A stretch of 64,000 nucleotides of DNA. Origin: an uncultured delta proteobacterium (GTDB lineage: Bacteria; Myxococcota_A; Polyangia; Polyangiales; Polyangiaceae). Positions 1 through 12,731 of the stretch are shown piece after piece (positions within the stretch are counted from its first letter, which is position 1; each line of letters starts with the position of its first letter). Made by a program: the position numbers and the translations under genes. The notes under the pieces are model-generated. The model searched no databases, was not told the DNA's origin, and worked only from the letters and a program-made list of their open reading frames with translations. The stretch covers positions 192,001 through 256,000 of the forward strand of contig CAWKKR010000007.1 in assembly GCA_963850305.1 (NCBI GenBank). The letters run 5' to 3'.

Positions 1-947
1 TCGGCACGCAAAGCGCGCGCGTCGCGACGTACGAAGGCGTCGTTCGTCCCGCTCGCGGACTCGATTCCGCCTTGCTCGATCTGACCCCGCTGGCAGGTGC
101 GGTGGTGGCCGTCGCGAGCGTGGCAGTCGATGGCTGGGATGCGGCCGCGCTCGCGCGTGCGCTCGGAAGTTCGTCATGGGCGCAATCTACGAAGACCCGG
201 TTCGAGCCGGTGTCGATCCCCCCGCTGCTGGACCCGCCGGAAGCGCTCGCGCCGGCCTTCGACATCGCGCGCTTGCACGAAGCGCCGGAAAGCGTCGCGC
301 GCCTGGCCGATGGACTCGCATCCGCGCGGCTGAAGCCCGACGCGTGGTTGCTCGGGCCCTGGCTCGGTACCGTCCCGGGCGTGGCGGAAAGGCTCGTCGG
401 GCTGATGGGCAAGCCGTGTGGAGAAACGACGTCTCCGCCGGGCGGGCCCGCGGGCGCCAGGTTCGAGGCGTCCCGCGACGCGCTGTTCTCGAGCCTCGGC
501 GTCCACCTTCGGAACGAGCACGTGAAGTCCGTGTCCCGGCGCGGCTCGCGCTTCTTCCCGATGGGCATTCCTGACGGCCGCCTCACCGCGAACGATGCCG
601 GCTTCGACGGGGTCATCGTCGCGAGTGGTGGCATCCTCGCCGGAGGGATCGTGCTCGAACGAGGGAGCTCGTCCGCCGCGCCGTCCTTCGTGTCCGCCAT
701 CGATGCCGGTTTCGAAATCGGGGTGGGAGGGCGATTTCTGGACCATTTCTCGTCGGTGCACGGAGTCGTTCTTCCGTCGTTCGGGATGCGGGTGCTCGAG
801 CGACTCGGCATCCTCGCGGAAGCGTCGGTCGCGCGGGGCGGCTGCGGAGTATTCGTTGCAGGGGATTGCGTGGCGGACGAGCCCAGGACGGTGCTCGCGG
901 CTGCGCTGTCCGGCATCACCGCCGCACGCCGGACGCTCGCGCGGTAG
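1..947 (+). CDS. FAD-dependent oxidoreductase (GlpB-like), 5'-truncated by the window edge
   Basis: The frame is open from position 3. It carries VIVASGG and a C-terminal GVFVAGD...AALSG FAD-binding motif. Confidence 0.55.
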   Translation, partial: GTQSARVATYEGVVRPARGLDSALLDLTPLAGAVVAVASVAVDGWDAAALARALGSSSWAQSTKTRFEPVSIPPLLDPPEALAPAFDIARLHEAPESVARLADGLASARLKPDAWLLGPWLGTVPGVAERLVGLMGKPCGETTSPPGGPAGARFEASRDALFSSLGVHLRNEHVKSVSRRGSRFFPMGIPDGRLTANDAGFDGVIVASGGILAGGIVLERGSSSAAPSFVSAIDAGFEIGVGGRFLDHFSSVHGVVLPSFGMRVLERLGILAEASVARGGCGVFVAGDCVADEPRTVLAAALSGITAARRTLAR

Positions 948-989
948 CTCGCGTTGCCGCGCCCGCCGGCCTGGGGTACGAGCGAACTC

Positions 990-3683
<2,694 letters not shown>

Positions 3684-3720
3684 GTCCACCCCCGGGCGTG
3701 CGTGTCGTTGGCGCGAGCGC

Positions 3721-5151
3721 TCACCTTCGTTGACCGAGCACGAGCCGGTACGCGGTGGCGAGCGCGACGTCCTTGCCCTTCGTCGGATCGACTGGAATTG
3801 CACTCGTGGTGCCGAGCACGTCGATGGGGGAGATGCCTCCGCCGTCAGGGCTTTCGACCGGTGCGACCGCGGCAGCCGGAGGCGCCTCGGGCCCCTCGGG
3901 GGCCAGGTGATTCTCGAGATCGCTCTCACGGCGGACCCCGAATGGCCCCGGGTCTCCGGCAGCCACGACGACGTCCGGGACGATGCCCTGCGCCTGAATC
4001 GAATGTCCGGCGGGCGTGTAGTACCGCATCGTCGTGAGCCGCATCCCAGCGCCGTCGGGTAAGTCGATGACCGATTGAACCGAGCCCTTGCCGAAGGTGC
4101 GCGCACCGACGATCGTCGCGCGCTTGGGATCTTGCATTGCTCCCGCGAGGAGCTCCGCTGCACTCGCCGTGTACTCGTTCACGAGGACGACCGCGGGCTC
4201 CCGGTGAAGCGCACCGCCGCCATGGGCGTGCACTTCGTCGACGATGTCTCCACGGTGGCGTGTCGAATAGATGACTCCGCTCGTCAGAAACTCGTCTGCG
4301 ACGGCGCTCGCTTCATCCACCAGGCCGCCAGGATCGTTCCGCAGATCGAGCAGAACGCCTCTGAATGTACCGTGAGCCTCCTGCCGCAGTTTGCCGACGG
4401 CGTCGAGGAACTCATCGTGCGTCCCGGATTGAAATTGTTTGATTCGGACGTAAGCGACGTCGCCGGCGAGGAGCTTGCCCGCGATACTCGCCACGTGAAT
4501 CACCTCGCGAGTCAGCGAAATGTGCATGACCTCGTCGGTCGGGCCCCGAACCACGGAGACGACGACTCGCGTGCCCGGCTTGCCCCGCATCACGCGCACG
4601 AGATCTTGCGTCGATTGACCCGAAACGGGCGTGCCGTCGATGGCGACGATGCGATCCCCAGAGCGAATGCCGGCGCGTTCGGCTGGCGACCCTTCGATCG
4701 GCGCGATGACGACGACGCCCCCATTTCGGAAGTCGACTTCGACGCCGACGCCACCGAACTCACCCTTCGTGTCGGCCTCGAACATCCGGTAGTCTTCGGG
4801 TGGCATGTAGGAGGAGTGCGGGTCGAGCTCGCTGACCATTCCCTTGATCGCGCCCTCCAAGAGGCGCGATCGGTCCACCGGATCGACGTACTGGTTCTCG
4901 ATCAGCACCAGGACGCGGCCCAGTTGCCGGACCAGGTCGTAAGGGCCGTCTCCCGCAACGGCGAGCTTCGCGAAAGCGCCGCCGGCGACGAACGATGCGG
5001 CGCAGAGGAAGAAAGCTCCGGGCGCGACCCATCCTCGGCCACTCTCGAACAGGCCACCCAGTCGAGGGGAGCGCCCCTTCGGTGCCGTCTTCGCGGAGGT
5101 CACTTGATGGGCGGGCTCCCGGCCATTCGTCGTCGGCAAGCTTTCGAACAT
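3721..5151 (-). CDS. ctpA: Carboxy-terminal processing protease (S41 family, PDZ domain)
   Basis: Motifs LDPHSSY, DLRNDPGG, TASAAE and TFGKGSVQ plus a PDZ domain. The start is uncertain; ATG 5151 was chosen. Confidence 0.9.
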   Translation of the reverse strand: MFESLPTTNGREPAHQVTSAKTAPKGRSPRLGGLFESGRGWVAPGAFFLCAASFVAGGAFAKLAVAGDGPYDLVRQLGRVLVLIENQYVDPVDRSRLLEGAIKGMVSELDPHSSYMPPEDYRMFEADTKGEFGGVGVEVDFRNGGVVVIAPIEGSPAERAGIRSGDRIVAIDGTPVSGQSTQDLVRVMRGKPGTRVVVSVVRGPTDEVMHISLTREVIHVASIAGKLLAGDVAYVRIKQFQSGTHDEFLDAVGKLRQEAHGTFRGVLLDLRNDPGGLVDEASAVADEFLTSGVIYSTRHRGDIVDEVHAHGGGALHREPAVVLVNEYTASAAELLAGAMQDPKRATIVGARTFGKGSVQSVIDLPDGAGMRLTTMRYYTPAGHSIQAQGIVPDVVVAAGDPGPFGVRRESDLENHLAPEGPEAPPAAAVAPVESPDGGGISPIDVLGTTSAIPVDPTKGKDVALATAYRLVLGQRR

Positions 5152-5212
5152 TATAGGATTGTTCTCGCCGTCGTCGTATGTTACCCAATGTGGCTCAGGG
5201 TAGGTCTGGTTG

Positions 5213-5431
5213 ATGGGCGATAACCAAAGCGGCACCAAGGGCAGCGACAAGCGAAAGCAGAGCCTCTACTTTCCGGAGTCGATGCTTCAGGAAATCAAGG
5301 ATGAGGCGGCGCGCCTCGATCGGTCCCTTTCGTGGATCGTCCAAAGGGCTTGGAAAATTGCCCGGCTCGAGATAAAGAAAATTCCGAGCGTGAACGATAT
5401 CGCGGACGACGAAGAGCCCGATCCGGGCTGA
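5213..5431 (+). CDS. Myxobacterial small protein, MXAN_4361/4362 (TIGR04563) family, ribbon-helix-helix-like
   Basis: KRKQSLYFPESMLQEIKDEAARLDRSLSWIVQRAWKIAR matches the family signature as I recall it. Confidence 0.85.
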   Translation: MGDNQSGTKGSDKRKQSLYFPESMLQEIKDEAARLDRSLSWIVQRAWKIARLEIKKIPSVNDIADDEEPDPG

Positions 5432-5450
5432 GTCGGCCAAGGGGGTTCAC

Positions 5451-6149
5451 TTGCCGGAAGCGCCGGAGCCGGTCGTACTCGGCGACTTGCTGGAGCTCGT
5501 CGCGTACGACTTGCAGAGCCCGATTGCGGCGCTCGCCAACAATCTGGCATTCCTCTGGGCAACGGTGGCGGCAGCGGATCAGGATGCCCGCGATGCGCTC
5601 ACGGATAGCCTCGCGTCCTGCGACGGGCTGAGGCACATCGTCGAGAATCTGGCGGTTCTCGCGCGATCGCTCAACGGGGCGGTGCTGGTGGAGAAGACCG
5701 TGCTGGACGTCGCAGCTCTCGCAGCTGATGTCGTCGCGTCGTGTCGGACCATGGCTGAGAGCCACGAGGTGGTCATCGAGCTCGCGAGCCCAGCGGGACC
5801 GGTCCTCGTCGAGTCGTCGAGTCGCGTTGCCGTGGAGCGATCTCTGGCGAACCTGCTCCGGAATGCGATTCAGCACTCGCCCGCCCAGGCCGTCGTTCGC
5901 GTTGTCGTGCGCGGCTCGCCGTCTGCGGCTGTGCTGATAGAAGATGCCGGAGCGCCGATCCAGGGCTCTGCTCGCACGACGCTGTTTCTGGCCTCGGGTC
6001 AGCTGGAAGGGAAGATGGGCCCGCGCGGGCGTTACGGCCGGGGCCTCGGCCTCTATTGCGCGTCTCTGGCCGCCTCCGCTGGTCACGCCGCCGTCCGGGC
6101 CGTCGATCCGCCTTCTGGCACCGGAAACGCGTTCGAAATGCTGTTCTGA
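5451..6149 (+). CDS. Sensor-less histidine kinase-like protein (HisKA+HATPase) with the H-box His replaced by Tyr
   Basis: H-box AYDLQSP, N-box NLLRNAIQH, IEDAG and G2 box GRGLGL. Confidence 0.7.
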   Translation: MPEAPEPVVLGDLLELVAYDLQSPIAALANNLAFLWATVAAADQDARDALTDSLASCDGLRHIVENLAVLARSLNGAVLVEKTVLDVAALAADVVASCRTMAESHEVVIELASPAGPVLVESSSRVAVERSLANLLRNAIQHSPAQAVVRVVVRGSPSAAVLIEDAGAPIQGSARTTLFLASGQLEGKMGPRGRYGRGLGLYCASLAASAGHAAVRAVDPPSGTGNAFEMLF

Positions 6150-6170
6150 TCCCAGGCGGATCGCGGGGAG

Positions 6171-7352
6171 CTACGGCTGCACGATCACGGCGCCGTCCGG
6201 ATCCCGGTAGAGGATCTTTCCGGTCTCGCCCGGGCATCCCCAGCACGTACTGAAGTGTAGTCTCGGGCGGATGTAGCCGTTGTACGCGAGCGCCACGGGC
6301 CCCGGCTCATTTTCCATGATGAAGCTCGAAGCGAGCTCGTAATCGTCTTTGTCGACCACGTGAAACGCCACGACGAATGAGGTGGTGTCTCCCGAGCGTC
6401 CGGTAAGGACGAGAAACTCCGCTCCGGCAACCGGGTTCCACAAGAGCGGTGCAACGGTGAAGAAGAAGCCCTTCTTGTCACCGGGACCGCGTGCCAGCAC
6501 GGTGTCCGCGCCGTCCGGATCGCGAAAGAAGTGAACGTCCTTCGCGAGGCGCATCGTGTTCGGATTCGCCTTCAATAGCTCCGCCAGGCGCGTGGCCGTG
6601 ATCGTCGCTTGAACGAACGTCTGCCCGAGACGCGGCTCGACGACGAGTGCGGCGTTGCGCGCACCTTTGCAGCACCGAAACCCCAGCGTGTCGCTCGTCG
6701 TGGTGGGTGCTTCGCCGGAGCGCGCCGCACAACGGTGCTCGACGGCGGGGGAACCGACCGTCGCTCCGCGAACGGCCGCCCTGCGAGGAGCGTCGCCTTC
6801 GGGAACGACGTCGCTCGCCGTCCATTCTCGAAGCGCGCCGAGGCCGAGCACGTCGAACCCAGATGCACATGCGCGCGGGTTCTGCTCGCAGCGCGGGTCC
6901 CACTGATCCCCGGTCGAGTATTTACGGCTAGCAGGTCCCTTGCAGGCGCGCTCCCATTCGAGTTCGGTGCAAAGGCGCGTCCCGCGTTCCTCGCAGAGCC
7001 GCTCCGCGTCGTCGCGGGTGACGGCGGTGCGTGGAGGCAGGGACGGATCGTTCGGATACGGCAGTCGATCGATCCGAAAGGAACCGAGCTCCACCGTCGT
7101 AAGGCGCCCTTCGATCTCGGGGTGCCGGCCCGGTTCGCCCGGACGACTTCCGGCTTGGAACGAGCCTCCCGGCACGTCGACGCGCTCGCCCGCGAGGGGC
7201 GCGACAACGGGATTTACGGTGGCGGCGGTCCTCGGCACTCCCGAGGTTGACCCTGACCGGGGCGGACCCTTCCGGCACGCGACGACGAGCGACGTCGCGA
7301 ATACCGCGACGCTGAGCCGCGGCAGGGCCGACAAGATGGCCGCTTTCGACAC
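6171..7352 (-). CDS. SUMF1/formylglycine-generating-enzyme (FGE-sulfatase) domain lipoprotein
   Basis: Motifs RLCTELEWERAC, LREWT and LGFRCC, lipobox-like LVVAC. GTG start about 7352. Confidence 0.75.
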   Translation of the reverse strand: MSKAAILSALPRLSVAVFATSLVVACRKGPPRSGSTSGVPRTAATVNPVVAPLAGERVDVPGGSFQAGSRPGEPGRHPEIEGRLTTVELGSFRIDRLPYPNDPSLPPRTAVTRDDAERLCEERGTRLCTELEWERACKGPASRKYSTGDQWDPRCEQNPRACASGFDVLGLGALREWTASDVVPEGDAPRRAAVRGATVGSPAVEHRCAARSGEAPTTTSDTLGFRCCKGARNAALVVEPRLGQTFVQATITATRLAELLKANPNTMRLAKDVHFFRDPDGADTVLARGPGDKKGFFFTVAPLLWNPVAGAEFLVLTGRSGDTTSFVVAFHVVDKDDYELASSFIMENEPGPVALAYNGYIRPRLHFSTCWGCPGETGKILYRDPDGAVIVQP

Positions 7353-7386
7353 GAGGCTTCTATACCGTATGTCGTATCGTTCCCCC

Positions 7387-8101
7387 ATGAGCTCCCTCTT
7401 TCTCGTCCGGCACGGCCAGGCGCGGGCGTTCGATGTGGACTCCGACCGCCTATCGGATCTGGGTGCGGAGCAGGCGCGGCTCCTCGGCGAGTATTGGGCC
7501 CGCGCCGGTGTGTCGTTCGACGCCGTCTGGTCGGGTACGCTCGGTCGACAAACTCTCACTGCGGAGCTCGTCGCCGAGCAATATCGTCGGCTCGGGAAAT
7601 CCTTTCCCGACATCCACCGCGACCCGGCATGGAACGAGTACGACGCCGGTGGCGTGCTGGGCACGCTGGCTCCAAAGCTTGCCGCGAGAGAGCCGTCTTT
7701 TGCCGCGCTGGTCGAAGACTTTCAGACGCGGGCCGACCGCCCCGATCGAAACCGGTACTTCCAGCGTATGTTCGAGGTGCTCATGAAGAGCTGGGCGGAG
7801 GGGCTCGTCGCGGACGTGCAAGTCGAATCCTTCGATGCCTTTCACGAGCGCGTCCGACGCGCGTTCGACGAGATGACGTCGTCGAGTGGTAGGGGAAGGG
7901 TGGTCGTCTTCACTTCTGGAGGCCCGATCGGCGTGGGCGTGCAACGCGCGCTCGACGCGCCACCCATGTCTTCATTGCGACTCAACTGGCGTGTGAAGAA
8001 CGCATCCGTCACCGAATTCGTCTTCTCCGAAGGGCGTATCTCCCTCGAGTCGTTCAACGTCGTCGAGCACGTCGACGCGGCGCGGGAGATCCTTCCGTTG
8101 A
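7387..8101 (+). CDS. Histidine phosphatase (phosphoglycerate mutase family). The true stop is probably TGA 8099-8101 after a 1-nt indel.
   Basis: LVRHGQ motif, FTSGG, NASVT. Removing one base near 8085 gives ...SFR*, a typical C-terminus for the family. Confidence 0.75.
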
Positions 8102-8196
8102 GCCCTGACCGGGGCGGCCCCTCGTTCCCCCCGGGGCCGATCGATGGAAAGTTGGGCCGGGACGACGCGCCCGAGGCCGATATACTTTCCGCATCC

Positions 8197-8823
8197 ATGA
8201 GGCGCCGGAACGTCGGAGGCACGCAGATCGGCCCTGGCACCGTCGCACTCGTCGCCTACGAGCTGTTCGATGCCGAAGGGGAGGGGGTCGAAGCATCCGA
8301 GCCGGCCAACCCGCTGGTGCTGCTATTCGGCTACGGGCAAGCGTCCCCCGCGCTCGAGCGAGGGCTCGACGGTCTTTCGGTCGGTGACTCCCGGGAAGTG
8401 GTCTTGCCCGCGGAGGAGGCATTCGGTTCGCGGGATCCTGCGGCGATCATCGAGGTTGACCGCGCCGAACTGCCCGCGGACGTGGAGGCGGGAGATGAAT
8501 TCGAAGCCGAGCGCGACGGACGGTGCGTTCCCTTGAAGGTTCTCGAAGTCTCGACAGATACGGTCGTTCTCGACACGAATCATCCTCTCGCGGGGCAACG
8601 GGTGCGGCTACGCGTGGTGGTTCAGGCCGTTCGTCCGGCGACGGCCGAGGAGATCGAGGAAGCGACGGCGCGGATCGTCGAAACTGCGGGGCCGACGCCC
8701 GGACACTTGCTCCCGGCCGAGCAATTGCTTAGACGAGTGCGTGGCGTGTCTCCGCTGCAGCGGGAGGCGCCGGAAATGACCCCTCGCGGGTCGACTCGCT
8801 CGAAAAACAGGGAGAGCCAGTAG
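8197..8823 (+). CDS. slyD: FKBP-type peptidyl-prolyl cis-trans isomerase, SlyD-like
   Basis: Motifs PALERGLDG, AEEAFG, DTNHPLAG and VRPATAEEI. Confidence 0.8.
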   Translation: MRRRNVGGTQIGPGTVALVAYELFDAEGEGVEASEPANPLVLLFGYGQASPALERGLDGLSVGDSREVVLPAEEAFGSRDPAAIIEVDRAELPADVEAGDEFEAERDGRCVPLKVLEVSTDTVVLDTNHPLAGQRVRLRVVVQAVRPATAEEIEEATARIVETAGPTPGHLLPAEQLLRRVRGVSPLQREAPEMTPRGSTRSKNRESQ

Positions 8824-9255
8824 ATGGATGTACCGGAAAATTTCAAATTCGATGTTCGTGTTCGCGACCGCATGCTCGCGAAGGGCATCGTCTCCGATGC
8901 GGAAGTGACGAAGCACCTCGACAAAGTGGCCGACGTGCAGGGCAACCTCGACGCAATCGAGCTCGGGCAGCCGGCGCTGATGAGTGCCGAGGAGCGCGAG
9001 CGTCTCGTCGTGGCCCCTCGGCCATCCGCCGTCGTGCTCCGGCCGCTCGCGCCGGCCCCATTGTCGCCGCTCAATGCACCGAAGGCACCCGCGCTGATCG
9101 ATGACGAAGACGACATCGACGATGACGAAGACGACATCGACGATGACGAAGACGATGACGAAGACGAGGTCGACGCGGCGAAGCCAAAGGTTGCCGCAAA
9201 GGAGCCGGCCAAGCCCGAGGCCGAGCCCGCGAAGGATCGTGGAGAAGAAGAGTGA
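8824..9255 (+). CDS. Hypothetical protein with acidic low-complexity tail
   Basis: Abuts the slyD stop and overlaps the next gene (GTGA). FDVRVRDR N-terminus and a D/E-rich tail. Confidence 0.7.
   Translation: MDVPENFKFDVRVRDRMLAKGIVSDAEVTKHLDKVADVQGNLDAIELGQPALMSAEERERLVVAPRPSAVVLRPLAPAPLSPLNAPKAPALIDDEDDIDDDEDDIDDDEDDDEDEVDAAKPKVAAKEPAKPEAEPAKDRGEEE
9100..9165 (+). repeat. Intragenic 21/12-bp tandem repeats encoding the DDEDDID acidic tract
   Basis: gatgacgaagacgacatcgac x2 followed by gatgacgaagac x2. Confidence 0.85.
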
Positions 9256-9560
9256 GCACCAAGGCTGAAGGGACTGCGACGAGCGGCGGAATCGACGGCG
9301 ACGGTGATCTGCCGCACCTCGATTTTGCGACTTTCGTCGTATCCCTTTCGCACAGCGCACTCGTTCATCTGGGAGACGCGGCTGACCCTTCCGGCGCAGA
9401 ATCGGCGCCCAATCTCGAGCTTGCCCGCCAGACGATTGACGTGCTCGGTCTTCTCGAAGAAAAGACGCGGGGAAACCTGACGGGGGAAGAGGAGCGAATT
9501 CTGTCCCTGTCGCTCTACGACCTTCGGCTCCGGTTCGTCGAGGTGAGTAAGGCGAAGTGA
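9252..9560 (+). CDS. DUF1844 family protein
   Basis: DFATFVVSL...LARQTIDVLGLLEEKTRGNL...LYDLRLRFV. Confidence 0.85.
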   Translation: MSTKAEGTATSGGIDGDGDLPHLDFATFVVSLSHSALVHLGDAADPSGAESAPNLELARQTIDVLGLLEEKTRGNLTGEEERILSLSLYDLRLRFVEVSKAK

Positions 9561-10675
9561 GATTTCCGAGGGGGGGCGCGCTGGCCGCTGCGACGTTCAT
9601 TATCGCCGGCTGCACGCGCCACGACCGTCCCGATCGCGCAAAGATCGAGCTGCCCGCCACGGCGGTCGAGTCGCTGCGCGCGCCGTCCCGTCCAGTCCCG
9701 GTCATTCCACCCCCGGGCGCTCCGTCGACCTTCGCCGATCTCGCCGCCCGCGCGAACCCGTCGGTCGTCTTCATCGAGACGGAGCAGGCCATGTTCGGTG
9801 GGGGACGCCGGATCGTCGCTGGCGGGGTGGGTAGCGGATTCTTCTTCGACGCAGGCGGGTTGATCCTCACGAACGACCATGTCGTCGCGAATGCGACGCG
9901 CATCGATGTCGTCATCGGGCAGGAGGATCGCCGTCGAGCAACGGTGGTGGGCTCCGACGCGCCAACGGACATCGCCGTGCTCCGGGTCGACGGCAGGGGC
10001 TTTCAGAGCCTGCCCCTCGGGGACTCCGACGTTAGTCGCGTGGGCGATTGGGTCCTCGCGATCGGCAATCCGTTCAGCCTGGCGCACACGGTGTCCGCGG
10101 GGATCTTGTCCGCCAAGGGGCGAACCAAGAGCGACGTGCGTGGGCTCGATCCGTCCGGGTACTACGATTATCTCCAGACGGATGCGAGCATCAACCCGGG
10201 AAACTCCGGAGGGCCTTTGCTCGATCTGTCGGGAAGAGTCATCGGTATCAATACGGCGATCAAGCCGGAGGCGAACAGCATCGGCTTCGCGATCCCCATC
10301 AACATGGTGAAGGAGCTGCTCCCGGCTCTCATCGAGCACGGCAAGGTGCGGCGGAGCGCCATGGGGATCGTCGTCGCATCAGTGCGCGAGGAGGACGTCA
10401 CGCGACTGGGCTTGCCCGCGAGAGCCGGCGCCATCGTGACGCGTATCGCAGCAGGCGGTCCCGGTGATCACGCGGGAGTACGCGTCGACGACGTGATCAT
10501 GGCGTTTCAGGGAGACCCGGTGGAATCACCGAATCGGATCCGCTGGGAAACGAGCGTTGCGGGAATCGGAAAGAAGGTAGACGTTCGAGTCTGGCGTGCA
10601 CGGCGCACGCTGGATCTGAGTGTTACCCTCGGGGAACTCATGGAATCCCCTGAGGAACCTTCGCAAGCGCCCTGA
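9557..10675 (+). CDS. HtrA/DegP-like trypsin serine protease with PDZ domain, lipoprotein
   Basis: Catalytic triad motifs TNDHVV, DIAV and GNSGGPL, a C-terminal PDZ domain, and lipobox IAGC. Confidence 0.92.
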   Translation: MRFPRGGALAAATFIIAGCTRHDRPDRAKIELPATAVESLRAPSRPVPVIPPPGAPSTFADLAARANPSVVFIETEQAMFGGGRRIVAGGVGSGFFFDAGGLILTNDHVVANATRIDVVIGQEDRRRATVVGSDAPTDIAVLRVDGRGFQSLPLGDSDVSRVGDWVLAIGNPFSLAHTVSAGILSAKGRTKSDVRGLDPSGYYDYLQTDASINPGNSGGPLLDLSGRVIGINTAIKPEANSIGFAIPINMVKELLPALIEHGKVRRSAMGIVVASVREEDVTRLGLPARAGAIVTRIAAGGPGDHAGVRVDDVIMAFQGDPVESPNRIRWETSVAGIGKKVDVRVWRARRTLDLSVTLGELMESPEEPSQAP

Positions 10676-10725
10676 AGGTCGCGAGCGGCTGGGGAGAATC
10701 GGATGAGGCCCCCGTAGCATCGGGC

Positions 10726-11418
10726 GTGTCCATCACCCCAGCGTGCACGCGCTCCGAAGCCCCAGGCGGCTGCCGACCCGTGGAATCCCGTTCGGTGTCA
10801 CGAAAGGTCGAGGCCGAAGTGGATGGTCGCCTGGTGGTTCTCGCGCGCAGCGGGAACGTCCCGGCGTTCCGATCATTGGTCGAGCGCCATCGGCGGCGAG
10901 CCTTCGCCGTCGCAGTGAATTTGGTTCGCGACGAGCGCGATGCTCAAGAGGTCGTCCAGGAAGCGTTTCTTCGTGTTCATCGCGGGCTCGACTCCTTCGA
11001 AGGTGGCTCCGCTTTCTCCACATGGCTCTATCGAATCGTGACGAACCTGGCGATCGACGTCACCCGAAGGCCATCGCGTCGCGAAGCAGCGTCTCTCGAC
11101 GCGGACGACCTCGACGATCGAGTCGATCAACCGCTCCTGGCTCGCGTCGACGGTTCGGATCCCGTCGCCGCCATCCGGCGAATCGAGATTCGATCCGAGC
11201 TAGCCGCCGCGCTCGCCGCGCTCCCGCCTTACCACCGTGGCGTGATCCTGATGCGCGAAGTGGAAGGAATGAGCTACGAAGAGATGGCGGAGACGATGCA
11301 CGTTTCCAAGGGCACAATCATGAGCCGCCTCTTTCACGCCCGAAGAAAGCTCCAGCGGGCGCTAGCCCCCTGTTACGAAGAGCAAGTCGGCCCTGTTCGC
11401 CTCGAAGTGCCGGACTGA
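10726..11418 (+). CDS. ECF RNA polymerase sigma-70 factor (RpoE-like)
   Basis: Region 2 (QEAFL, FSTWLYRI) and region 4 (SYEEMAE...GTIMSRLFHAR). Start uncertain. Confidence 0.92.
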   Translation: MSITPACTRSEAPGGCRPVESRSVSRKVEAEVDGRLVVLARSGNVPAFRSLVERHRRRAFAVAVNLVRDERDAQEVVQEAFLRVHRGLDSFEGGSAFSTWLYRIVTNLAIDVTRRPSRREAASLDADDLDDRVDQPLLARVDGSDPVAAIRRIEIRSELAAALAALPPYHRGVILMREVEGMSYEEMAETMHVSKGTIMSRLFHARRKLQRALAPCYEEQVGPVRLEVPD

Positions 11419-11465
11419 CATCGCCCACCGAGTCGAGGGCATTGTCGGTTATTCTCGAGCGATCG

Positions 11466-11960
11466 ATGTCACGACTGCTCGTCTCGCTGGCGCTGTCGAG
11501 TGCGTTGTTCTGCCGAACGAGCGCCGCCGATCCGCTGAAGCGACCGTACCCCATCCCGTCCGTTTCGGAAGCGTCGAAGGCGCCGCATACTCACGAGCTC
11601 GAGATCCGGCTTCTTTACGCGAACAATGGAAACCGCGGAATCGACGCGTCGCTTCGCGATCTCCCAGAGCTCAAGGTCGCACCGTTCACGAGCTACAAGA
11701 CGTACCGGCTGCGAGAAGAAAGGCGCCTCGTATTGACCGGGCTGGCGACGAGCATTTTTCGCCTGCCGAATGGACGAACCCTGTCGTTCGCCGCCCGTTC
11801 GTCGATGAAGTTTGCGTTATCCGCGAACGTGGACCGCTCCGACGGACCCGGCACTCTGCCGCTGTTCGACGTGGATGTTGGTCCGAAGCGAACCTTCCTG
11901 ATCCCCTGCCAGGGCTACGAGACGGGTCTGCTGCTCTTGGTGGTGCGCGTCATCCGCTGA
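11466..11960 (+). CDS. Secreted hypothetical protein
   Basis: ATG 11466, signal-peptide-like N-terminus, directly downstream of the ECF sigma factor. Confidence 0.6.
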   Translation: MSRLLVSLALSSALFCRTSAADPLKRPYPIPSVSEASKAPHTHELEIRLLYANNGNRGIDASLRDLPELKVAPFTSYKTYRLREERRLVLTGLATSIFRLPNGRTLSFAARSSMKFALSANVDRSDGPGTLPLFDVDVGPKRTFLIPCQGYETGLLLLVVRVIR

Positions 11961-11967
11961 GCCGAAG

Positions 11968-12576
11968 TCAGGGTTCGCGCACGAGCACGAAATAGTGGTC
12001 GAGCATCTTCTCGACCTTGAATGCCGCGCCGATGCTCACGTGGTTCGACACTCTGCGCATGAAATCTCGCGTGCGGTGATAGACGTACTTTTGGAGCCCC
12101 TGCGTGTTGGGGATGACCGGTGGCCAATCGGGCGCGACCTTTCCGTCGGGGATCTGGAAGTAGTCGACGACGACGGCCCCGCGTTCCTTCCAGGTCGGAT
12201 TCCCGCTGGTTCCAACGGCGACGAAGAAACCCGGGCCGACGGTTTTGATGAAGGGCGACTGGTTATATCCGAACAAGCACTCCGCTCGATTCTCCGGTCT
12301 ACAGAAGCGCTTCTCGAATAACTGGAGCGGGCGGGGCATGGGGAGCGTGTTTCTCCCCCGGTGGCGTACGGTTTCGAGAGACGGTCGATCGCTCGGTACG
12401 AAGTCGTCGAGGGTGATCGGCCTCGAGGAGGCGGCCTTGCGATAGAGTGCGCGCTGCCCATTCCTGTCGAGTGAGTGTGCGCTTTCGAGTCGCTCTTGCG
12501 GTGAAGCAGAGTCGAGCCGTTCGGCGATCGCTTCGACGGTCACGGAATCATCCAACACGAGTGCTTTCAGGTCCAC
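11968..12576 (-). CDS. Conserved hypothetical protein
   Basis: Globular-looking sequence (GRNTLP...FEKRF...GYN...RDFMRRVS). GTG start about 12576. Confidence 0.65.
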   Translation of the reverse strand: MDLKALVLDDSVTVEAIAERLDSASPQERLESAHSLDRNGQRALYRKAASSRPITLDDFVPSDRPSLETVRHRGRNTLPMPRPLQLFEKRFCRPENRAECLFGYNQSPFIKTVGPGFFVAVGTSGNPTWKERGAVVVDYFQIPDGKVAPDWPPVIPNTQGLQKYVYHRTRDFMRRVSNHVSIGAAFKVEKMLDHYFVLVREP

Positions 12577-12731
12577 GGCAGTCAATGCCTCCCGTCGCGA
12601 GAGTAGCCGACGAGCGCCGGAATACTTGAACGATTCGGTTCCTCGACCGTGCGGACCACGAAAACCGACGCGGCCGTCGTTACGACCGGATCGTTCAAGA
12701 TTGGGCCGCGGGTCGTGATACACGTCGTGGA

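Noticed and set aside
6940..8823. 627-aa histidine phosphatase-SlyD fusion
   Set aside because: A single extra base near 8085 removes a natural-looking SFR* stop at 8099-8101. The linker looks intergenic and SlyD has its own ATG at 8197.
9100..9165. GATGACGAAGAC repeats as a regulatory or mobile repeat
   Set aside because: They are explained by slippage within an acidic low-complexity coding tract.
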